A stretch of DNA of 64,000 bases, from contig NIVC01003432.1 of the NCBI GenBank assembly GCA_002269645.1, positions 33,936-97,935 of the forward strand, in the 5' to 3' direction. Below, one piece after another: positions 40,530-50,905 of the stretch (its first letter is position 1; every line of letters starts with the position of its first letter). The position numbers and the translations under genes were made by a program. Below the pieces are notes generated by a model, which saw only the letters and a list, made by a program, of their open reading frames with translations, was not told the origin of the DNA and ran no database searches. Source of the stretch: Macrostomum lignano. Lineage: Eukaryota.

Positions 40530-40828
40530 TATTGATTATTTTGGGTAGTGATTATTTTATGGTTGTCAAGCTGATTTTTTATGGTTGTCAGAATAATCAT
40601 TTTATGGTTGTCAGGGTGATTATTTTATGGTTGTCAGGGTGATCATTTCATGGTTGTCAGGGTGATTATTTTATGGTTGTCAAGCTGATTATTTTATGGT
40701 TGTCAGGATGATAATTTTATGGTTGTCAGGGTGATTATTTTGTGGTTGTCAGAGTGATCATTTTATAGTTGACTGGGTGATCATTTTATGGTTGTCAGAG
40801 TGATAATTTTATAGTTGAGTGGGTGATC
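40530..40828. repeat. Degenerate ~21-23-bp minisatellite (ATTATTTTATGGTTGTCAGGGTG)
   Basis: Direct. Confidence 0.88.
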
Positions 40829-40834
40829 TGATCT

Positions 40835-41310
40835 AATCTTCATTCTCCAACACCTCCTCTACTTACTAGTCTTCATTCTCCAACACCTCCTCTACTCACT
40901 AATCTTCATTCTCCAACACCTCCTCTACTTACTAATCTTCATTCTCCAACACCTCCTCTACTTACTAGTCTTCATTCTCCAACACCTCCTCTACTCACTA
41001 ATCTTCATTCTCCAACACCTCCTCTACTCACTAATCTTCATTCTCCAACACCTCCTCTACTCACTAATCTTCATTCTCCAACACCTCCTCTACTTACTAG
41101 TCTTCATTCTCCAACACCTCCTCTACTCACTAATCTTCATTCTCCAACACCTCCTCTACTTACTAATCTTCATTCTCCAACACCTCCTCTACTCACTAAT
41201 CTTCATTCTCTAACACCTCCTCTACTTACTAATCTTCATTCTCCAACACCTCCTCTACTCACTAATCTTCATTCTCTACAACCTCTCCACTCACTAATCT
41301 CTATTCTCTA
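40835..41310. repeat. 33-bp minisatellite (ACTAATCTTCATTCTCCAACACCTCCTCTACTC)n
   Basis: Direct periodicity; related to the 34-mer at 38605. Confidence 0.94.
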
Positions 41311-42167
41311 CAAACTTATAACTTACTAATTTCGATTCTGTACACAACTCACTAATCTCATTCTGTACCAATACTTAGTTCCTCAATTTTCATCTTGCCA
41401 CATTTAAACTTACTAATCTGCATTCTTCCACCTTCTCAACTCACTGATCTCATTTTACTAGTTCTCCATTCTCAGCTTGAAACTTGAAGCTTGTAATTCC
41501 AGTGTACTCGTAAGTTTGGCTATGCGGTTCATTTGCTATTTTACTTCGATTTAGTACTGCAATATTGGAGGCAGTTCTTAAAATCAGTCACCAGATCTGT
41601 TGCTTAGTAGTAAGCTATTCTACTTCCATATTTACTTACTGGTGTCAAAGTGCGCCTTGCTGTTGTTTGATATTTGTAATAATTAATTGACAATATATTT
41701 TATTCAAAGACCAAGGTTTAACAACAATTTTTATATATATTATATCTACGAGCTATAACAGTTAGACAGTAGACAACAGGGATTATACGTAGTCGTTTTT
41801 GAATGTGCGAAGTATCTATACCAGTATGTCGTGTGGTGTTCAGCTTTGCTATAAGGTATGCTATAGCCAAGCCTTAGCTAGGAGTGAGATCGGTTTATGC
41901 ATACAAGAAAGGGCTCAAGTCTTTTAAGAAGCTGAAAAAGAATCAGCGTAAGAATGGTCACTTTAAAGATATGCGGGCATTTCCTTCTCAGCCTGTCTTT
42001 CGCACTTGCCTACAAAACACCTGCCCTGTTGTCTGTCTCTAAACATATTCTCAGTCGACTGCACACTTCGGTGAGATGCCCGTGCTATTTTGTGCTCTCC
42101 TATGCTCAAGTTAATGTTTTCAAGGGCCTGGCTGCATCTTTATCCAGTCAGTAGGGGGATTTAGCAC

Positions 42168-43022
42168 CAAGGGGCTTTAGCACCAAGGGGCTTTAGCACC
42201 AAGGGGCTTTAGCACCAAGGGGCTTTAGCACCAAGGGGCTTTAGCACCAAGGGGCTTTAGCACCAAGGGGCTTTAGCACCAAGGGGCTTTAGCACCAAGG
42301 GGCTTTAGCACCAAGGGGCTTTAGCACCAAGGGGCTTTAGCACCAAGGGGCTTTAGCACCAAGGGGCTTTAGCACCAAGGGGCTTTAGCACCAAGGGGCT
42401 TTAGCACCAAGGGGCTTTAGCACCAAGGGGCTTTAGCACCAAGGGGCTTTAGCACCAAGGGGCTTTAGCACCAAGGGGCTTTAGCACCAAGGGGCTTTAG
42501 CACCAAGGGGCTTTAGCACCAAGGGGCTTTAGCACCAAGGGGCTTTAGCACCAAGGGGCTTTAGCACCAAGGGGCTTTAGCACCAAGGGGCTTTAGCACC
42601 AAGGGGCTTTAGCACCAAGGGGCTTTAGCACCAAGGGGCTTTAGCACCAAGGGGCTTTAGCACCAAGGGGCTTTAGCACCAAGGGGCTTTAGCACCAAGG
42701 GGCTTTAGCACCAAGGGGCTTTAGCACCAAGGGGCTTTAGCACCAAGGGGCTTTAGCACCAAGGGGCTTTAGCACCAAGGGGCTTTAGCACCAAGGGGCT
42801 TTAGCACCAAGGGGCTTTAGCACCAAGGGGCTTTAGCACCAAGGGGCTTTAGCACCAAGGGGCTTTAGCACCAAGGGGCTTTAGCACCAAGGGGCTTTAG
42901 CACCAAGGGGCTTTAGCACCAAGGGGCTTTAGCACCAAGGGGCTTTAGCACCAAGGGGCTTTAGCACCAAGGGGCTTTAGCACCAAGGGGCTTTAGCACC
43001 AAGGGGCTTTAGCACCAAGGGT
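42168..43022. repeat. Perfect 16-bp minisatellite (TTAGCACCAAGGGGCT)n, about 53 copies
   Basis: Direct; no variant units seen. Confidence 0.98.
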
Positions 43023-43974
43023 CGAAAGCATCAAGGGGCGTCAAAGTAGTTTGGGAACTGCTATAATTGGGATCAGGGGCACCAAACCTGATCTTAAGGT
43101 GAAACTAATTTAAGTCAAACTTTCAGTCAAACTAAATTTGTTAAGCTTCAATGTGAATATCCGGGTAGTAAATTGTGGAAATTTGGGCCTGACTTGAAAG
43201 CCATCTGATAGATAAGTTCGTTTATTTATTGTGAAAGATTGAAAGTTCTCCTGCATTGAAAAACTTCTTGCAAAAAAGCAAAAAAAGATAAATTAATTAA
43301 TTCCAAGTAGCAAAGAGTTAAAGAAAACGCTTTATAATAGAAAACATATAGAAAATATTCCAGGCTGTTCCATCAGCATCCGTGACTTCAATTGGTAGTT
43401 TCTGCTGATTGTGCTTCTCCAATGTGCCGATTCATTGAGGCATTGGCCGCGGTGCACAAGTCTGCTGCCAGAGGGAAGTGCTAAAAATTAAAAAAAGAAA
43501 TGGTTGCGAGCTGATTGAAGAAATGAAATCACAATCCACTGTACCTCCCTCTCTCTCTCTCTCTCTCTCTACCTCTCTCTCAGCCCAAAGCAGTAAAATA
43601 GCAGGCTCTGATTTACCTTTAAACTCTTGGCCAGCTTCCTAAGTTTGTTAGTATCGCTGGCTACTTTCTATTCCAACACGGACCAGGCATCGCCTTGCAA
43701 TAAGGCTTGTACTCGTAGCTGCCATTATATGGCACTGTTGTGGCTGCGCCCGATACGAACAAGCAGTCGAGCAGTCCTTGGTCCGTAGGGTGTACTATAT
43801 AAGTAAGGGTAAATAAGGGCAAATTTGAAAAACACATTTCTCAAAAAAGTCTTAATTAACAAAGTTTTCTATGTTTAGCGTATGTACTGCACATTACCCA
43901 AGGCCAAATATGCTTAGGAGATGTTCTTAAGGGAACTCGTTGACCTCTTTTACTCTTATCTCACTCTCTTCCTC

Positions 43975-43975
43975 A

Positions 43976-44062
<87 letters not shown>

Positions 44063-44300
44063 TCATTCACTCTCTCTCTCTCTTCCTCATTCACTCTCTT
44101 TCTCTCTTCCTCATTCACTCTCTCTTCCTCATTCACTCTCTCTCCCTCGTTCATTCTCTCTCCCTCGTTCACTCTCTCTCCCTCGTTCACTCTCTCTTCC
44201 TCGTTCACTCTCTCTTCCTCGTTCACTCTCTCTTCCTCGTTCACTCTCTTCCTCGTTCACTCTCTTCCTCGTTCACTCTCTTTTTCGTTCATTCTCTTTT
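43975..44300. repeat. (CT)n microsatellite grading into an 18-bp TTCACTCTCTCTTCCTCG repeat
   Basis: Direct. Confidence 0.93.
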
Positions 44301-44473
44301 CGAGATGTCTCCACAAAAAATTCTGGCCCATGCTGTCCAACCCATGTACGCTTCTGCACTATTTTTAGAAATTCAATTCTGAAGGGTCCAATGTACAGCC
44401 AACAATGGAAACAATGTACGCTTTAAAAAAGTGAAGTTTGCCTGAACTTGGACGAGTTCAATATAACAAACAC

Positions 44474-45250
44474 GGGAGCACGAGAAATGCCCGCAGACGA
44501 ATTGCCCGCCGAGATTTGCCCGCAGGAGATTTGCCCGTGGAGATTTGCCCGCCGAGCTTTTCCCGCGGAGATTTGCCCGCAGTGCATTTTGCCCGTGAGC
44601 GAATTGCCCGTGGAGATTTGCCCGCCGAGATTTTCCCGCAGTGCAATTTGCCCGCGAGCGAGTTGCCCGCCGAGTTTTTTCCCGCCGAGGTTTGCCCGCA
44701 ATGCTTTTTTCCTGCAGCGCATTTAGCGACGCGGCAGATTTTGTCTGCATTGCCTTCCCAATGCTTAGTATTGGTTTTTGCGAGCTATCTCAGCCAAGGA
44801 GCAAGCAAACTCATCCATCCCATAGATTTCAATACGACGAAGGAGGTGGTTTGAACCATAGACTATCACGTTTTTTCAACCAAACTCATCCAACGGGCGA
44901 GGCAACTCGCTCGCGGGCAAATTGCATTGCGGGCAAATCTCGGCGGGCAATTCTCGGCGGGCAAATCTCCACGGGCAATTCGCTCACGGGCAAAATGCAC
45001 TGCGGGCAAATCTCCGCGGGCAATTCTCGGCGGGCAAATCTCCACGGGCAATTCGCTCACGGGCAAAATGCACTGCGGGCAAATCTCCGCGGGCAATTCT
45101 CGGCGGGCAAATCTCCACGGGCAATTCGCTCACGGGCAAAATGCACTGCGGGCAAATCTCCGCGGGCAATTCTCGGCGGGCAAATCTCCACGGGCAAATC
45201 TCCTGCGGGCAAATCTCGGCGGGCAATTTGTCTGCGGGCAATTCTCATGG
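44474..45250. mobile_element. Non-autonomous Foldback/MULE-like element (777 bp) with long modular TIRs and a 9-bp TSD AACAAACAC
   Basis: Left arm (TTGCCCGC modules, about 44480-44740) is colinear with the reverse complement of the right arm (about 44900-45250); AACAAACAC at 44465-44473 and 45251-45259. Confidence 0.8.
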
Positions 45251-45549
45251 AACAAACACTCTTTAAGCTACAGCGGCTAAACCACGGAAATTCTGGGGCT
45301 GAACCGGGGGCAATCCAAACAGTTCTACGCGTATTAAATACTTATATGATATGCTGGAGGGAGTTGCAAATCAATTAACTTTCAAATCAAATCAAATCTC
45401 TCTCATGTTATACATGCGTTTAAAGAATCGCTTAACTTTAATCCGTCTTTCATATTGTTGCGTTACTTAAAAACAATTTTTTTATTTTCTTCGAAAATGG
45501 AAACAAAAAGGTAATCGCATTTTATAAAGTTTCTTAGCTTTGACAATAC

Positions 45550-46195
45550 CGCTCTCTGCTCCCTTCACTCTCTTCTCCCTCCACTCTCTGCTCCCTTCAC
45601 TCTCTTCTCCTTAACTCTCTGCCCCTTCACTCTCTTCTCCTTAACTCTCTGCTCCCTTTACTCTCTTCTCCCTCCACTCTCTGCTCCCTTCACTCTCTTC
45701 TCCCTTGACTCTCTGCTCCCTTCACTCTCTTCTCCCTCCACTCTCTGCTCCCTTCACTCTCTTCTCCTTAACTCTCTGCTCCCTTTACTCTCTTCTCCCT
45801 CCACTCTCTGCTCCCTTCACTCTCTTCTCCCTTGACTCTCTGCTCCCTTCACTCTCTTCTCCCTCCACTCTCTGCTCCCTTCACTCTTTTCTCCCTTCAC
45901 TCTCTGCTCCCTTCACTCTCTTCTCCCTTCACTCTCTTCTCCCTTCACTCTTTTCTCCATTCACTCTCTGCTCCCTTCACTCTCTGCTCCCTTCACTCTC
46001 TTCTCCCTTCACTCTTTTCTCCCTTCACTCTCTTCTCCCTTCACTCTTTTCTCCATTCACTCTCTGCTCCCTTCACTCTCTTCTCCCTTCACTCTCTTCT
46101 CCCTTCACTCTTTTCTCCATTCACTCTCTGCTCCCTTCACTCTCTTCTCCCTTCACTCTCTTCTCCCTTCACTCTCTTCTTTCACTATCTTCCCC
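45550..46195. repeat. CT-rich ~16-bp minisatellite (CTCTCTTCTCCCTTCA)
   Basis: Direct. Confidence 0.92.
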
Positions 46196-46420
46196 TTCAT
46201 TCCCTTTTCGAAAAACTTATTTTGCTGATGCATTTTTCATTTGACGATGCACTTCCAGTGGAATTTATGCGATTTTCTCGAGTTTTAGAGTACATTTTTC
46301 TACCTGAGTTGCCTGTGCATACGTTACCAATCGATGCTACAAAAACTATACTTACAATCAATCCGCAGACCATTTACAACGTCGCGCGACTCTTGATTAG
46401 ATGAACGCCAATGTTCGACT

Positions 46421-46639
46421 TCAATCAGCCACCTGTTGTTGGATTGTTGATGGTCGACTTGTGAGCAAGTCGAAAACAGTGTTTGTTGACTCATCCTCTG
46501 TTTGGCTAGGATTTGGGTTCAGCACCAGCTGAAGCTGCTGTACAGGATTTGGTGCTGCAGCAGCGCTGTTTTCAAGAGCTTGAGCAGGCGCACTTTCAAG
46601 TTGAGCCGGAAAGATGATGGCCTGATGCTGGTTGGCCAT
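46421..46639 (-). CDS. Small Q/P/acidic ORF (72 aa), paralog of 38253-38468
   Basis: Acceptor ctccggcag| about 15 nt upstream of ATG; strong GTAAGT donor at 46355 downstream of the stop; similarity to the 38253 ORF. Confidence 0.45.
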   Translation of the reverse strand: MANQHQAIIFPAQLESAPAQALENSAAAAPNPVQQLQLVLNPNPSQTEDESTNTVFDLLTSRPSTIQQQVAD

Positions 46640-49415
46640 CGCTTTTCTCTGTCCTGCCGGAGATTAAGAAAGGTGACAATCTTTACAAAGAAATTATGAC
46701 CTTTCAGCTCGTACTGTTGATTTCATTCTCTGGTAACCCAACAATTAACTTTGTTGCATTCGTTTCAAATCTAAAATGCAACAGCTGATAATCTTGTGTT
46801 TCAATTTGATTGAAGTGTCTGTAGAGAACATTCTAAAGACAATAGGATAAAATAGATAGATGTGTGGACCTATATCTCGTAGCAGTCTGCCTCCCCCACG
46901 AAAACGCATTCCGCTGCTCCTCACAAGAGCGGGGCCTTGGATTCAACACAGCCATGTTATTACAAATATGTATATAAAAAAAGGATGTACTTTGACTACA
47001 TAACAATATTTTAAGAATTTATTGCAATGTTATGATTCATAAATTCGATTTGTAAAGCACAATTGATCGTTACCTCCTACTCTGAATGTAATGTAATTAT
47101 TGTTTATCTTTGTTAATCTACTTTATTAAAACAATTTGAAGAGTTGTTCACAAAAAGCAGATCAAAAGGTTTACTGTTTAACACTCTACTTTGTTGATAT
47201 TTTTGTACTTCAAATTGTTAAATTTAAGTTCATCAGTTTTGAACAAGGAAATACTTTAGTCTCGTACTCTTGTAGATGTTGTTTGAATACATGTACTTAC
47301 ACGTACGCCAGTCGGTACTTATAACTGGTAGATTGACAAGACGGAACAGGAGTGGCAGTGGTCTGTAGCTAAGCCTTCTGTTTCTATTGATAGCGGCTAC
47401 AGTCATGCAGAAGCAGCCTATAAATACATTTAACCTAGTAATAAATAGGCAGCCAATAAGATAAGTAGCCGTGAGCCAGTCCAAGGACTTCTCAATTCAC
47501 CTGGAATGGATACTATTTTTTAACTATATAGCCGTATTGTTTTGCATTGAATTTTGGGGAATCAGAATGGATGGCCGAATCTTGGAAAAACTCAAGCAGA
47601 AGCAGATCGACGCGGCGCTAAAGTTTCTAAGAAATGAGCAAAGTGCATGTATCTTCTATCACTTTTGACGATCTAAGTGAGACTTAAGTCAAACAAAACA
47701 ACAAGACTCCATATCCTCCCCGTACAAACCAAACACGAGCAATGTCAAGAAAAACATGTCTGGCCATAGACAGCGCCCGTATAAGCCATAGACTATAAAT
47801 GGAGAATCAAAATGACATGTAGACGCCGCCTATGGGTCTGTCAGCCTGTTTCTCTATTTCTATCTGGTGCATTAGAACTTTAATTCTACACCTTTTTGCT
47901 CCGCCGATTCTAACAGAAGACCGTGAACGAATCGTCTACATACATAGTCAATAATCCTCACATCCAATGATCCACACCACATCCTATTTTGATCATCTGA
48001 TCTACAGCACATCCTCTGATCCGCACCAAATTCTGCGGTATACATGTAAATACATGTACGCTCGTACAGGTCATGTACATGTAGGCCTTACTGTCAGATT
48101 TTGTGAATTGTTGGTGCATAGTTTTGTCGTGCTAGAGGGAGGGTGCGAACCCCGGAAAATTCCCGTTAATCTAGGCGTTAATCTACTGTAATGTCGGAGG
48201 AAATTGGCTCTAAAATCAGCCACTGCATCGCTGTGTAACAGTAGAACTACCAAGGGGTCAGTGGCCCAGCCCCTGAAATTTTGCTGCATCGCAGGCACAC
48301 AAAACTCCAGAACACGGAACAAAATTTTTGTTGCGCATCTTCTCAACCAAGAATCAAGTCGCCAGCCCTTCGGACCATCGGGATATTCAATGATTTACAA
48401 GAAGGTCGGATTTTTAAGCGCTAGTGTACAGTGCAGCGTAACAAATTTCATCAATACGTCGACCACATTTGTTTGCCAAGGACCACTGGCAGCATATATA
48501 CTGATACAATTCTAGTGGTCATTGATGTTTTGCATCGGCTCTTTGTTGGTCACTTAATCGTTGAATATCTCTAGGATCCGACCGGAGGGCTGGTGACCTG
48601 ATTCTTGTTTGAGAAGGTGCAGCGAATTGCGCAACAAAAAGTCAGCCGTGGTCTTGAATTTGCCGTTCCAGAGCGCGGGAGAGAAGTTCCTCTCCCTGGT
48701 AGTTCGACGGGCGGAAAAATGGCTTGGTATTTGCAGAGTGGAGGCGCTTGGACCTGGACCCTATAGTATAGGTTGGCGCGAGGATATAGAAAATTCAAGT
48801 GGACAGAACGGAGGGGGTATGAGCGAGCGGGTATAGAAAAGAGGAAACAGGTTTAGTGTAGACGGTAGAGGGTTTTGTTCTAGATCTCTATGTCTCTGCA
48901 CTGTGCTCTCTCTCTCTCTCTCTCTCTCTCAGGGTTAGGCTGAAGTGCGCAGAGCATCATTTAGACTTTGGTCACGAAGGTACCACCTTCGTAAGCAATA
49001 CACATTAAATATAATTTAGCGACTCCGTTTCTCCCAGTCCACCCTCCGCGAGGACCGAGACTAAGGTCGAAAAACGAGGTTGAAAAACTAACTTCTGCTG
49101 TTTGTATTAAACTTGAGTTGCTGAATTTTTCGACAGTTTACAATAGTAGTACCAAAAGGCTGACAAGTCATAAATGCATGTTACATAGCTCGTACTATCA
49201 TTCTGATTACTAGCTAATAGGTAACTCACTGTAATTTAGTAATTGACGTTACATTTTTTGGCGGAAGAAGTGTGATAGAACTAAAAAAGTTACTTTTATT
49301 GATTTCACTGTACATTTTTACCATGTTAAATAAAACTAAATTTAGAACTGCTACAAGGAGAAGGAGGATTTTTTAAAGGAAAATGTGGAAGTTACCTTTA
49401 TAAGTTTTGTTGTTA

Positions 49416-49996
49416 CACCTTTTTGCATTCAATTTCAACCAAAGTCGCATTCAATTTCAGCAAGCTGGCATTCAAAATCGGCAATCTAAATTTAGCCAAC
49501 CAAATCTTCATTCAATTTAAGCATGCTCGCATTCCATTTCAGCGAACCACATTCAATTTCGGCAATCTGCATTCATTTTAATTTTGTCTCAAACTCGTCT
49601 GCTCGTCTATGAGTAAACTTTGGTGACGCGTGCAGATTTTGCTTTCAATTTCGGCAATCTGCATTCAAATTCAGCAAAATAAGGTGGGCTCTGCATGTAT
49701 CTCCGTCAGAAACTTGTTCGTATGGTCCTCGACCTTCTTCTAACTCAATTTCTTCGTCACCTTGTTCTTCAATGATCTCTTATCTATTCTTGATATCTCC
49801 ACTTGGAGTCGAAAAAACAGAAAGCTGGGGGTGAAGTGAAATGAAAGGATCGACAAAGCCTCTTTGCATGTAAACTGTACATGAAAATGTACATGATCAT
49901 TCGTCTGGTGTTGAAATCGAATGTGTTTTGCTGAATTTGAATGTCAGCTTGCTGAAATTGAATGCGACCCCGGTTGAAATTGAATGCAAAAAGGTG
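49416..49996. mobile_element. Non-autonomous Tc1/mariner-type element (581 bp), ~69-bp TIRs, TA TSD
   Basis: TA|CACCTTTTTGCATTCAATTTCAACC...GGTTGAAATTGAATGCAAAAAGGTG|TA; 6 mismatches over 69 bp; subterminal CATTCAATTTC repeats. Confidence 0.85.
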
Positions 49997-50905
49997 TAGT
50001 AAATGCATGGGGTCAACAAGGCAAAATGAACTTACCGCTTTGTATATAGCGTTGCGATGAAATTTTTCTGACTTAAAGAAGAATTAAAAAAAGGGAGATA
50101 CTTCAAGTCCTGTCCTTGGCTTGGCTTTAAAAGGCTAAAAGCGATGTACATTGAAAATTTACGAATGTGCACAGGTGAGCTGTCGACCTAATGGTTGATC
50201 ATGCTATACGTGCATATACTTACTTTTGGTGGGTGGGGCAGGGGCAACGAAATAGCTAGATTCACAGGACCGAAAACAATGCAAAGAGAGCATTGCCTCA
50301 AACTGTCAGGCAGCGGAAGCAGAGGAAGACAGACAGACCACAGACCACGCGGGGGCGTAGATGTGCAATAAATGCAGGAGGACAATTGTACTATGGTACT
50401 ATTGCAATAATTGTATATTATTGCAACCTACAATACAACTAACCTGTGCGTGCATAAATATTTGCGTACTTCTACGTACCGGTATTGCAATAATAGAATT
50501 TTGGAAAGATAGAGATAGAGGCAAGACTATAGAGAAGGGCCAGGGGACTGAAAGAAAGAAAAGAAAAAAAGAAACTAACTAAAAGACAATTAACCTGCTA
50601 GCTAAGTCCTGCTTGCCTATTTTGCTGAAGAAGAATAAGATAAATTAAATCAATATAATAATTGATGGCATTCTCAAATGTTTAATGTTAATTAAAACTC
50701 ATTTTGGCTGCTGCCTGCAAACAGCAAAACCTGCAAACAACGGATAATTGGGATTCTACTTGTATCGATAATTTCTTAAAACCAAGAAGATCCTGCATGG
50801 TCAACCAGTTACGCTCTTATATAGAAATTGTAATTTTTTAGTTTCAACTTGTAAAAAAAGGTTATGCAATAATTTCAATTGAGAATCCGTCAGTTCAAAT
50901 CTTTT

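Noticed and set aside
42168-43022. CRISPR or telomere interpretation of regular arrays
   Set aside because: No unique spacers or cas genes, the context is eukaryotic, and the unit is not TTAGGG
44373-45378. Multiple overlapping 60-245 aa ORFs
   Set aside because: By-products of the GC-rich modular TIRs; no transposase motifs
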